A stretch of DNA of 64,000 bases from a virus (lineage: Duplodnaviria > Caudoviricetes), in the IMG/VR virus record IMGVR_UViG_3300028048_000001, positions 128,001-192,000 of that record; one strand, written 5' to 3'. Positions 39,301 through 49,318 of the stretch are shown piece after piece. A model generated the notes under the pieces. It did no database searches. It worked only from the letters and a program-made list of their open reading frames with translations, and was not told the origin of the DNA. The translations under genes and the position numbers were made by a program. Within the stretch, counting starts at the first letter, position 1. Every line of letters starts with the position of its first letter.

Positions 39301-40053
39301 TTAATTATAATGCCATGAACCAGTACTTTCATCTATCCATATTTTTGTACTAGAATTAAATTCTAATAATTTAAGATCTATAGTATTATAAAAATCATAA
39401 ATATTATTAATCAATTTATTGCTTTCTTTTAATAAATTTAAAGGATCTAATATTTCTAATTTATTAGCATCTTCATATTCTTTAGCAAAATCTTTATACT
39501 GTGGAATAGATAAAAGACTATTCAATTTATCAAAATCAACATTTATTTTTAAAGTATTTAATTTAGTTAATACATAAGTATTAATTTTATCATCAGATAA
39601 TGTAGACTCGTTGTATTTTTTTAAAGTAGAATTTACAAAATCAATATCATCTTTTATTCTTTCAGCAAATTTCATATAATATTCTTTTATCATAGGTGAT
39701 TTTAATATTAATATTTGAGAAATAGTCAATAGCTTACTATTAAAATCCCCCAAGATAATATCAGGAACAACAAGTTTAAAACTTGAATTAACTTGTTCTT
39801 TAATAATAAGTAAATTTCTAAGTTTGTTAATATTAAATACAATATTATTATATTGTATTCGTATATCTTCTAAAGTTTCATTTATTGAACTTCCATTTAT
39901 TGTTGTATTTCTTGAAGGGTTGTATAAAGAAATTAATGATTTAGCTTTTTTAGATTCTTCTTTGTCTAAATATTTATGATCAGTTTCTAATACAATTTTT
40001 CTTTGTCTTTTTATTCTATTTAAAAGTTCTGTTATAGTGATATTTTCTTCCAT
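39301..40053 (-). CDS. long coiled-coil protein
   Basis: probable start MEENITITELL; helical; C-terminal IDLKLLEFNSSTKIWI. Confidence 0.65.
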   Translation of the reverse strand: MEENITITELLNRIKRQRKIVLETDHKYLDKEESKKAKSLISLYNPSRNTTINGSSINETLEDIRIQYNNIVFNINKLRNLLIIKEQVNSSFKLVVPDIILGDFNSKLLTISQILILKSPMIKEYYMKFAERIKDDIDFVNSTLKKYNESTLSDDKINTYVLTKLNTLKINVDFDKLNSLLSIPQYKDFAKEYEDANKLEILDPLNLLKESNKLINNIYDFYNTIDLKLLEFNSSTKIWIDESTGSWHYN

Positions 40054-40054
40054 G

Positions 40055-40354
40055 TTAATCCCCAAATTCATTAAAAAAATTATAAATACTTTTATCATAT
40101 AAAGGTTTAATATTTGGAGAATCACATTTATCTTTATTACATTCAGTATTTATAATTTCATATTTTATTGGACATATATAATCACATCTATTACATTGAT
40201 ATCGGATTAATATATTTTCTTTAAATAATTTTTTTGTAATTAATTCTAATTTATTTCCACAATGAGGACAGGTATTATCACAAAAAATAATACCCTCAAC
40301 AGGTTTTTCTTTTTTAAATCTATCTATTCCTGTGCAAAGTTTTAATTCTTTCAT
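40055..40354 (-). CDS. Zn-ribbon protein
   Basis: CPHC...CNRC. Confidence 0.65.
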   Translation of the reverse strand: MKELKLCTGIDRFKKEKPVEGIIFCDNTCPHCGNKLELITKKLFKENILIRYQCNRCDYICPIKYEIINTECNKDKCDSPNIKPLYDKSIYNFFNEFGD

Positions 40355-40431
40355 ATATTCCTTAAAAAATAATATTATAATTATATTGGTAGAGTAATTA
40401 AAATATATACTCTACCAATATAATATTTTAA

Positions 40432-41181
40432 TTATTCTTTAGATATAAATTCCATAAGAGTTCCTTTTTCTATAGAATCTCTTACGCTACTTATATTAGT
40501 TCCAAATTTTATAAGAGCTTGAATAATATTATTTCTTACTTTTTCTGGCAATTCTTCATTAGTAAAAGAACATAAAGTAAGATCTTCAACATTAGAACTT
40601 TTATTATATTCAAACCAATTTTTCATTATTATATTCATACATAATAATGCAACATAATTCATTTGAATATCATAACTATAAATATCTATTCTCTTATCGT
40701 TAGCAACCCTGATAATTTCAATACCAGGTTTATACTGTAATGCATCATCTAATCCTAATAATCCAAAATAAACTTCTCTTAATAATTGAGATGAAAGATC
40801 TGCATTAAAATTTTCATTAAATGCTAATCTTGGTATTCCAACAAAAATACAAATTCCAGGACCTCTTTTTTCTTTATTATCAACATGAATAGAAATTTTG
40901 TCAATAATAGGTTTAGTAACATTATTAATTACAGAAATATATACTGGGTTAAATATGTTTTCAGTATCTGAAGTTAAACATATTTTTGTTGTTATAGGCT
41001 TATTTTTATCATATACAATTTCATCATAATGTCTTAATAAATATCTATCAATAGAAGAGTATATAAATTTAGGAACTTCAGGAAGTTTTCTTATATTAGA
41101 TTTACCAGGATTATTATAATAATCTGATAATATTGTAATTTGAGCTGTAACGATAGACATTATTTCAAAAATATGTGCCAT
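40432..41181 (-). CDS. hypothetical protein
   Basis: 249-aa ORF with RBS. Confidence 0.7.
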   Translation of the reverse strand: MAHIFEIMSIVTAQITILSDYYNNPGKSNIRKLPEVPKFIYSSIDRYLLRHYDEIVYDKNKPITTKICLTSDTENIFNPVYISVINNVTKPIIDKISIHVDNKEKRGPGICIFVGIPRLAFNENFNADLSSQLLREVYFGLLGLDDALQYKPGIEIIRVANDKRIDIYSYDIQMNYVALLCMNIIMKNWFEYNKSSNVEDLTLCSFTNEELPEKVRNNIIQALIKFGTNISSVRDSIEKGTLMEFISKE

Positions 41182-41195
41182 TATAAATCTCCTTT

Positions 41196-41447
41196 TTATT
41201 TACGTGATACAGGAGTATATTTCATTTTAGATATATAACCTTCTGCAATCACTTTACAGTCAGGATATCTATTTGATGATTTTTTAGACATTTCTGTAAA
41301 AGGTTTCTTCCTTCCATTAACAATCACAGTGCCAGGAGTAAATATTCTAGACATCTTCTTCTCTATAGCCGTTCTCTCCTTAAACTGTTGCTCTGAATAA
41401 AGAAAATATACATAAATGTTTCTATCTTTTAGAATATTTGGACTCAT
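41196..41447 (-). CDS. small basic hypothetical protein
   Basis: aaggag RBS. Confidence 0.65.
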   Translation of the reverse strand: MSPNILKDRNIYVYFLYSEQQFKERTAIEKKMSRIFTPGTVIVNGRKKPFTEMSKKSSNRYPDCKVIAEGYISKMKYTPVSRK

Positions 41448-41483
41448 ATTAATAATCTCCTTTAATATTATTAATAAGTCGAA

Positions 41484-43424
41484 TTATTCTAAAGAAGTAG
41501 TAATAGTTCCAACTCCATCTTCAGAATCGGATTCTATTAATACTTTTTCTTCTACATCAATAAGTGCTCCCAATGTATAATCTTTCTTTCCTTCTATATC
41601 AATAATAAGAGGCATTAATCTATGATATGTTTCTATTGTTTCTTTAACCATATCATCTTTTACATAGTCGTAAGAAAGACCAAGTTTCTTTTTAATTTCA
41701 ATAGCTTGCTTCATATTATATAAATCATTAAGTTCTATCAATGTTTCTTTATAAAAATCTCTCCATCCATTTGGTTCTTGATAATCAGAAAAAGAACCAT
41801 CATATACTTTTGCCATAGGGCAAATAATACCAGATAATCCAGGATCTGATGCTGAAGAAGAGTCTAAATCTACACGTCCCAAATGAGATGGATGAACACT
41901 TCTGTAGATAATTGGAACAGCTGTTCCATTACCCTGATCACCTAATCCAGATATTCCTTTGTAAGTATACGATAATGCTAATTCTGCATCATTATCATTA
42001 ACAAGATCTACATAATCTACTAAATTAGCAGAATTTATAGATTTAAGTATATAATCTGGAGCTGTATCTATTACTCTTGTTACATCTTTAAATGTAATAT
42101 TTTTCCCTTTATCAGAAATTCTATAAATACCAGTAGAGATTTTCTTAGCATATATAGCAGGTAAATATTCATCTGCTTTTCTTGGATGCTTTGTAGATAT
42201 ATCTATATTGTCTCTTTGTTTTAAATAAGAAAATTCTCTCATCATCCATCTAAGAATACAATAAGTATTTTCTTTATCTTCTAATGGTAATCTTATAGAT
42301 TGTTTTGTCTTAAGATCATAAATACTTTCTAATGAATCAAGTACAGGAATTCCTTTATCTAATGTAGCAGATTGAAAATCTGCACCTAAAACTTTATTCC
42401 AATATCTCGGATCATAAATATCATTAAATTTATTTAATTTTTTAACACTCTTTAATACTGTATAACAGAAAGATTCTGTTACATTATCTTTATCAAAAAC
42501 TCTTTTTGCTACAGATAAAATTATTTTATTATGTTTATCTGTAAAATTATAAAAAATATCAGGATTTATTGGTTTACCGTTTTCATATGGTTGAATATAA
42601 ATCGCTTCTAATTCTAACATTTCAAGAGCACCATAAAATCCATATCTTCCTAAAATGAATTTTATAGTATCAGTCTTTTTGGTAAATACATAACTTGCAA
42701 ACAATACACATCTATGAGATTCTTTATCACACATATCTACAAGGTCATAATACTCTTTATATACTTTAATAGGCATAAACTGAGTCTTTAAAGTAATAGA
42801 TTGTGTTTTACTGTTAGATGTAGAATTATTATATGTACTACCATCAACTATCTGAAAAATTGGATTATAATAATTACCAAGAATTCTAAAGTAATATTTA
42901 TCAACATATCTTGGTAAAGCTATTAATACATTTACAATTCCTTCACTCTTCTCCAATTCTCCAGTTTTATTATCAACTCTAATCTTATTATCTGGTACAT
43001 TAAGTTTTACATAGTATATTATTTTTAATAACATAATATCTGAGTCTCTTAAATTAATATACTCATAATTATTATCGATTTTTTTACCATTCTTGGTTTT
43101 AGATGAATAATATTCATAAAGAGTTCTGTTGATCTCATTATAATCTTTAATAGTTTCAAAATTTAAAACTTTTAAAACAAAATATTTATCTCTTTGACAA
43201 GATAAAATTACTTGTTTCATTCCTTCTATTAAATCTTCATCATTTCTTTGAAACCAATAATCGTTAAATTGTTCTCTATTATCTTTATTAAATTTATACA
43301 TAAATTCATCAACAGATGGCTTATTATTTGGAGAAACCATCATTTTACCAATATTTCCAGAATATGGATTTCTATTTTCTGGAGTTGGTATTTGTTCATA
43401 ATTATAAGAAAAATTTTGATTCAT
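41484..43424 (-). CDS. phage multisubunit RNA polymerase beta subunit, N-terminal half
   Basis: FRILGNYY.PIFQI and YRSVHPSHLGRVDL...DPGLSG (beta region D, cf. RDVHPTHYGR). Confidence 0.85.
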   Translation of the reverse strand: MNQNFSYNYEQIPTPENRNPYSGNIGKMMVSPNNKPSVDEFMYKFNKDNREQFNDYWFQRNDEDLIEGMKQVILSCQRDKYFVLKVLNFETIKDYNEINRTLYEYYSSKTKNGKKIDNNYEYINLRDSDIMLLKIIYYVKLNVPDNKIRVDNKTGELEKSEGIVNVLIALPRYVDKYYFRILGNYYNPIFQIVDGSTYNNSTSNSKTQSITLKTQFMPIKVYKEYYDLVDMCDKESHRCVLFASYVFTKKTDTIKFILGRYGFYGALEMLELEAIYIQPYENGKPINPDIFYNFTDKHNKIILSVAKRVFDKDNVTESFCYTVLKSVKKLNKFNDIYDPRYWNKVLGADFQSATLDKGIPVLDSLESIYDLKTKQSIRLPLEDKENTYCILRWMMREFSYLKQRDNIDISTKHPRKADEYLPAIYAKKISTGIYRISDKGKNITFKDVTRVIDTAPDYILKSINSANLVDYVDLVNDNDAELALSYTYKGISGLGDQGNGTAVPIIYRSVHPSHLGRVDLDSSSASDPGLSGIICPMAKVYDGSFSDYQEPNGWRDFYKETLIELNDLYNMKQAIEIKKKLGLSYDYVKDDMVKETIETYHRLMPLIIDIEGKKDYTLGALIDVEEKVLIESDSEDGVGTITTSLE

Positions 43425-44093
43425 TTAATCCTCCTCGGAATTATACTTGTCTGTTAACGTTGTCTCAATAGTAATTCCCATAGGATTTGCAATATTAGTA
43501 TTTTTATCATTTAAAATTAATTTAGCTTCAATATCGAGTTTATTACATATTGATATCAATTTATTCATAGTGATATCATCACCTTTTAATATTCTCTTAT
43601 CATTTAAATAATTTTCTCCAAATCTAGAAGAGTACCTATCTATGTCCATATGTTTAGCAATGATGGCTTGTTTTATAGCTTTCATATGCTCACTTTCTCT
43701 TCCAGAAATTGGTGGAACAAAAATTTCATCAGAATCTGATAACGATAAATTTTCCATTTCTCTAACTTGATCATTTTTATTTAAAAAATCATTTATATTA
43801 TCAACATTAGAAAAATCTATAATTTCTAAATTATCTTTATTATAAGATAACTCTTCTTCTGCTGTTTTTGGATATTTTACAAAATAAATATGACCATCTG
43901 GGTAAATTCCAGGTCTATCATCAGATTTACCTCTAAAAGGTAATATATATGATTTATCTTGATTATTAACTTCAAGAGCAGTCATATAATAAATAGATGG
44001 ATTATTAGAATACATATCATATTTACTTTTATATTCTTTTTCATCGATAACATCCATCACTTTACCATCTATAGAAGTATTGCGATATTGCAT
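43425..44093 (-). CDS. hypothetical protein with possible C-terminal HTH
   Basis: KRILKGDDITMNKLISICNKLD resembles an XRE-like end; abuts the RNAP gene. Confidence 0.6.
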   Translation of the reverse strand: MQYRNTSIDGKVMDVIDEKEYKSKYDMYSNNPSIYYMTALEVNNQDKSYILPFRGKSDDRPGIYPDGHIYFVKYPKTAEEELSYNKDNLEIIDFSNVDNINDFLNKNDQVREMENLSLSDSDEIFVPPISGRESEHMKAIKQAIIAKHMDIDRYSSRFGENYLNDKRILKGDDITMNKLISICNKLDIEAKLILNDKNTNIANPMGITIETTLTDKYNSEED

Positions 44094-44177
44094 ATCAATC
44101 TCCTTTTAAACAAATTTCTATAAAATATAGAGAGGAATATTTCTATTCCCCTCTATATTTTAACACAACTTAAGATA

Positions 44178-44786
44178 TTATTCCTGAATTGCAGAATCGT
44201 CCTTAATAAGAACCTTCATAGCTCCATCAGGAATAATACTCATTTCAATTTTACCATTCTCTACTTTACCAATGGCTTTAAAGCAATTTTCAAGAACCAA
44301 TACAGCAGGATCGGTCTGAGAAGTATTATCTTTTACCCATCCGATAATCATTTCAAGAATAGTTATCATAGAAGTAATGCAAATATCAAGTCCTAAGAAT
44401 TTAAGATTATAAAGTTCCTGACCAGCAGAAGTAAAATAAACAAGTACTGTAGAATTAGTACTAAGATCAATAGTGTCTACACCCTTCATATCTTCTTCAT
44501 AACAAGTCCAAGTATAATCCCATCTACCAGCAGAAAGATTTCCAGGATCAGATTCATTTGCAAAATATTCTACTTTAGCTCCAGCAAGAAATTCATTAGA
44601 TAATGATCTAATAATGATTCCCTTAGGAATATTATGATTTTTAACTGAAGCGAGATATTTAGATATACCAGTAAATAAAATATTGGCTATTCTATATGCA
44701 TGCTGTGGACCAAGAAGAATAGACTGTTTTGCCAGTGCTCTGCTAAAATCTTCAGAAATATTTGTTTCTTTAAACTTCATTTCCAT
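44178..44786 (-). CDS. hypothetical protein
   Basis: strong RBS, flanked by promoter motif and terminator (44123-44160). Confidence 0.75.
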   Translation of the reverse strand: MEMKFKETNISEDFSRALAKQSILLGPQHAYRIANILFTGISKYLASVKNHNIPKGIIIRSLSNEFLAGAKVEYFANESDPGNLSAGRWDYTWTCYEEDMKGVDTIDLSTNSTVLVYFTSAGQELYNLKFLGLDICITSMITILEMIIGWVKDNTSQTDPAVLVLENCFKAIGKVENGKIEMSIIPDGAMKVLIKDDSAIQE

Positions 44787-44892
44787 GTTACATTTCTCCT
44801 TTCGATATTACATATATTAAAATAAAAGATAACCCTTTATTGGGTATCAAGATTATAATACTTTATTGTTTTTAATTTTATAAAGTTTTATT

Positions 44893-45600
44893 TTAATCTT
44901 TTTTATCTGCCTGTTTATTTTTTATGAAATCTTTAAATTTTTGTGTTTCTTCAAAAGTTTTTTCTATTATTCCTATATTATTTTCTATTTTACCTGGATA
45001 TGATATTAAATTAGAATTAATAATAAAAGAATCTTGACCAATATCATCAGGAATTCCAGCATATCTAATATTAAAATATCTATTATCAATATTCATTATT
45101 CCAGATATGCTAAAAATATTTCCTTCATTGGTATTATAAATATTTAATAAAGTATTTCTAAGCTCATTAATAAAAATATTATATTCTTTTGCTATTATAC
45201 TAGTATAATAGCAAATGCTTTCTAATGATTCATTTTTAAATCTAATAAAAGATAGATCATCAATTACTTTTATATTGGTATTAATATTCATAATATCTTC
45301 ATCAGATAATTCTTGAGGATATTCTTTATTGCCAATAATAATATAAAGACTTTTAAGTCCATTAATACTATCTGTAACAGGAGACATTGTAATAATATTA
45401 TTACAAGATCTAATATAAACATCTAAAAGTTGTAAAGTCTCATATTTATTAATATTAATTTTTTGTGACCTTAAACACTCAGTCAATTGATCTATTTGAT
45501 AATCTATATTAAATATTGATCTTATAATAGGATATTTATCAAAAAATCTATTAGATTTGTATGCTTTATTTTCATAAGGATCAAAATATGAAAATCCCAT
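44893..45600 (-). CDS. hypothetical protein
   Basis: 235-aa ORF with RBS. Confidence 0.7.
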   Translation of the reverse strand: MGFSYFDPYENKAYKSNRFFDKYPIIRSIFNIDYQIDQLTECLRSQKININKYETLQLLDVYIRSCNNIITMSPVTDSINGLKSLYIIIGNKEYPQELSDEDIMNINTNIKVIDDLSFIRFKNESLESICYYTSIIAKEYNIFINELRNTLLNIYNTNEGNIFSISGIMNIDNRYFNIRYAGIPDDIGQDSFIINSNLISYPGKIENNIGIIEKTFEETQKFKDFIKNKQADKKD

Positions 45601-45612
45601 GTTTAATCTCCT

Positions 45613-48000
45613 TTACTTGTATCTTTCTATATTATTCATAATATCTTCCATAGGAACTATTGGAATATTATATGAATTAGCCATTTGTGTCTTATAGCTT
45701 GTAAAACCAGGTGTCGGAACTACTACATAGCTTACATCTTTTGTAATTGTTCTATTAAAATCTACAATAAATCCATTATCTGTTAATAATTTTACCAATG
45801 CTTTATCTCTAGTTCCAGATAATTTTACTATTTTACCTTTAACAGGTACATATTCTACAACATTTCCATGTTGAATCATATAATCAATATCTTCATAAAA
45901 ATACTTAAATTCTCTAGCAATAGTATCTGCTATAGCAGGTCCTATGCCTTTAATAGATGACATGAATTCTATACCTTTTTTATAATAAAATTTACCAGGA
46001 TCTATCATTGTAAATAATTCTCTTAATTTAGAATATTTTATTTTTGATAATATGGTTTCCCATGTTTTTGTAGATATACCTGTAAAACCAATAGCTCCTA
46101 AAAGTTTAGCATCAGTAATAGGATCTTTTAAAAGCCCAATCAATTGATTAGTAATATTTACAGCTTCAACAGGACCAAATCCTTTATTAATAAACTTAAT
46201 AGATCTATCTTCTTGATTAATCATAATCATCTCTTCTAGTAAATCTTTAAGATGATAATATCCAAGTTGCTGTATTGTAGCTTCTCCAAATCCTTCTAAT
46301 CCTAATTTAGCAAACATATTAACCATTCTAGCTAATTGTCTACCACCACAATCAGGATTTATACATTTAGCGGATTTTCCAGAATCTGATATTTCTATAG
46401 GAGATCCACAAATAGGACAATTTGTTGGAAAAACTTCAGCAGAAACTCTCTTTTCATTATCTAAATTAAAATCATTGAAAGGTTTATATACGTAAGGCAT
46501 TACATCATTTACATATTCTATAGCTAAAATATCTCCCAGATGTAAATTTAACTCTTTAAATCTAGCAAAAGAATGTCCAGAAGATTTAGCATGAATAGTT
46601 CCATAAAATTCAACTGGATCATAATGAATCATAGGAGTTATAGAACCATCTTGCCCTACAGTGTATGTGTATCCTCTAAATATTGTTTCTTTTCTAAGAG
46701 GATTAAATTTTACAGCAATAGAATATTTATTAATAAAATTTTCTCTTCCTAAAGATTTTCTTATATTCTCATCTCTATAAGATGCTACAATTCCATCATA
46801 CATAAAAGGAACCCAAGGTCTAGAAGATTCTGCATTTTCTGTAAACATATTAATCCATATTAAATTTTCTAGATAGTTTCCTCTTACAACAACAGATCTT
46901 AAAGGACATCCTTTAGATATAAATTCTTTATTTAAAAATTCTATTTCTTGTACTCTATCAGAATTACATACAGTTTTATATATTTTTTCTTCTACAGCTA
47001 ATGGAACTAATGTGATAAAATCTCTATATTTCCAAGCATCAGAAGAAGAAAATAATCCTACAATAGCAGATCTACAATTCTTATAATCATAATTTTTAGC
47101 CTTATTAAAGAACGGTAAATCATATTGAGTAATAATAGCTTCGAATTTAACTCCAACCATAGGACTATTTGGTGTTCTATGTGGAAATCTATACCCTTTT
47201 AATATCGGTGTCAAATCTGAAGCTTTTCCTATTCCTGTATCTCCTCTAGATCTTGCAGAAACTATAACATCTGTACAATCTGCTTCTATAGAAATTCCAT
47301 CATATTTTAACTCTAATACCATATCAAAAATTGTATTGGTATTTATAATTCCTCTTTTAATATGATCTTGAATAAAATCTCTTTCTACGATTTTTACATT
47401 AGAATCCTCATAAACTCCTCTTGTAATAGCATCTCTTTCTAATACAAATTTACATTTGTCAAGAGTACCAACCAATTCTGGATGATTATGAGATGTATCA
47501 TGTAATCTTTTAGTTATATATTCACTTTCTGCATGATTATTATTATTAATAAAATCTCTATAGTCTAAATATTTTCTTTCATCTACAATAATATTATTAA
47601 CAAAATAATTATCTTTTTTATCTGGAATTGGATTAAAAGATATAGCCTCTCTCATAGGCTTTATTACTTCACCATTGTTATTAGTAATAATAGGTTCAGA
47701 AGATGTAAAATTAATAACTTCTGCTCCTACTTGAAACTTTGGATCATATTTTTTATATTTTTCTAATAATAAATCATAAATACCATCTTCAATTGGTAAT
47801 AATTCTTTATCAGTATCATTATAAGTAATATTACATATTAAAATTATATTTTTAAAATCTTCCAATTCATCTTTAGATAATCCTGTTTTATTGTAAAGCA
47901 TCATTGCATAATTATTTAAATATTGTTTATTATCATAAACTAATTTAGTACTACCAGATCTTAAATCGTTTAATATATTATTTATAATAATATCCTTCAT
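45613..48000 (-). CDS. ligA: NAD+-dependent DNA ligase
   Basis: ELKYDG, SRGDTGIG, YDGIV, AVKF, OB fold, CPIC..C....C Zn finger, HhH and BRCT-like tail. Confidence 0.93.
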   Translation of the reverse strand: MKDIIINNILNDLRSGSTKLVYDNKQYLNNYAMMLYNKTGLSKDELEDFKNIILICNITYNDTDKELLPIEDGIYDLLLEKYKKYDPKFQVGAEVINFTSSEPIITNNNGEVIKPMREAISFNPIPDKKDNYFVNNIIVDERKYLDYRDFINNNNHAESEYITKRLHDTSHNHPELVGTLDKCKFVLERDAITRGVYEDSNVKIVERDFIQDHIKRGIINTNTIFDMVLELKYDGISIEADCTDVIVSARSRGDTGIGKASDLTPILKGYRFPHRTPNSPMVGVKFEAIITQYDLPFFNKAKNYDYKNCRSAIVGLFSSSDAWKYRDFITLVPLAVEEKIYKTVCNSDRVQEIEFLNKEFISKGCPLRSVVVRGNYLENLIWINMFTENAESSRPWVPFMYDGIVASYRDENIRKSLGRENFINKYSIAVKFNPLRKETIFRGYTYTVGQDGSITPMIHYDPVEFYGTIHAKSSGHSFARFKELNLHLGDILAIEYVNDVMPYVYKPFNDFNLDNEKRVSAEVFPTNCPICGSPIEISDSGKSAKCINPDCGGRQLARMVNMFAKLGLEGFGEATIQQLGYYHLKDLLEEMIMINQEDRSIKFINKGFGPVEAVNITNQLIGLLKDPITDAKLLGAIGFTGISTKTWETILSKIKYSKLRELFTMIDPGKFYYKKGIEFMSSIKGIGPAIADTIAREFKYFYEDIDYMIQHGNVVEYVPVKGKIVKLSGTRDKALVKLLTDNGFIVDFNRTITKDVSYVVVPTPGFTSYKTQMANSYNIPIVPMEDIMNNIERYK

Positions 48001-48027
48001 ATAAACCTCCTTTCTTTAATTTATATA

Positions 48028-48687
48028 TTATTCATTTTCATAATAGGAATTTCTCTTTTCTAGTCTTTTATCTTTATTTTTTCTAGAACTAAGAATAAAC
48101 TTTCTATAACTCTCATATCCTTTAAATGTTCTATATTTGCAATTCTGAACATCAAAGCAATTATTTCCTCTAGCTAACTCATAAGAATTTGTAGAAGCTA
48201 TAACATAAAATTCTATTCCTAATTCTTTTGCATCTGGAATGATTAAATTTTTAATAATATCAACTACTTCAGAACAATAATCAATACTAAGTCCAGAATC
48301 TATAGCATCAAGAAATACAAATAATTTTTCTTTATTATCTTTTTTATATTCATGAATAGCTTTTCCTATTTTTCCAACAATATCACCAATATTGTAGTAA
48401 ATATTTTCTCCTTCGGATGAAGAAAATCTTAAAGCAACTTCATCAAATTTATTATAAAATGCAAGTTCTGATATTTTATTGCCACCGCCTTGCGTAAGAT
48501 TATTAAATTCTAATATTTTAATAGATTCATTTTTTCTTAATTGGTCTTTCATTTGATTAATCATGGTAGTTTTTCCGCTACCATTACAACCCACTAAAAT
48601 AGTTAAACCTTCTTCAATTTCTATACAATCTTTTTTGTATAAATTTCCATCACCATAATAATCTTTAAAAATTTTAAATGTGTACAT
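48028..48687 (-). CDS. ABC/AAA-type ATPase
   Basis: GCNGSGKTT, SSEGE, FLDAIDSGLS. Confidence 0.8.
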   Translation of the reverse strand: MYTFKIFKDYYGDGNLYKKDCIEIEEGLTILVGCNGSGKTTMINQMKDQLRKNESIKILEFNNLTQGGGNKISELAFYNKFDEVALRFSSSEGENIYYNIGDIVGKIGKAIHEYKKDNKEKLFVFLDAIDSGLSIDYCSEVVDIIKNLIIPDAKELGIEFYVIASTNSYELARGNNCFDVQNCKYRTFKGYESYRKFILSSRKNKDKRLEKRNSYYENE

Positions 48688-48741
48688 TATTCTCTCCAGT
48701 ATTATAATATAGAATTTTATAAAACAGTAACGATATCAATA

Positions 48742-49254
48742 TTATAATATCTTAACATTATCTATTTTAATATCTTCATTTAGAGATAGATTATATAGAT
48801 TATTAAATTCATTTAAAGTTGTTTTTATTTGTGGGGGAGATAAATATTCAAGAGTACTCAATCTGACGGGTTTAAATGATATTATAGAAGTATTTGGATT
48901 TGATTCATCTATGTCGGTAAGAACTATTCCAGAAAAAATAATATATTTAACAGATGAATTTTTATTGATTGATTTTAAAAAAGTTTCATCATTATTTATA
49001 TCACTTACTACAAGATCTATAGAATCAGAATTTCTAATATAAATTCTATCAGCATTATAAATATCTATATTGCTATATTTTTTAAGAAATTTATTTTTAA
49101 ATTCTTCATAAGATTTAAAAAAAGGTATTATATCTTCAGATTTCAAAGTTATTATGTAATCATTTTTAATATCTATATTTATATTTTTTACTTTATCTAA
49201 AGATGATATAGATATTAATTTATGTAATTTTCCAAGTTTATAACCAATATCCAT
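48742..49254 (-). CDS. hypothetical protein
   Basis: 170-aa ORF. Confidence 0.6.
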   Translation of the reverse strand: MDIGYKLGKLHKLISISSLDKVKNINIDIKNDYIITLKSEDIIPFFKSYEEFKNKFLKKYSNIDIYNADRIYIRNSDSIDLVVSDINNDETFLKSINKNSSVKYIIFSGIVLTDIDESNPNTSIISFKPVRLSTLEYLSPPQIKTTLNEFNNLYNLSLNEDIKIDNVKIL

Positions 49255-49318
49255 AATATTAATTCCTTTTTAAAAAATATAAAGAGGAATATTTCTATTC
49301 CTCTTTATATTATATATT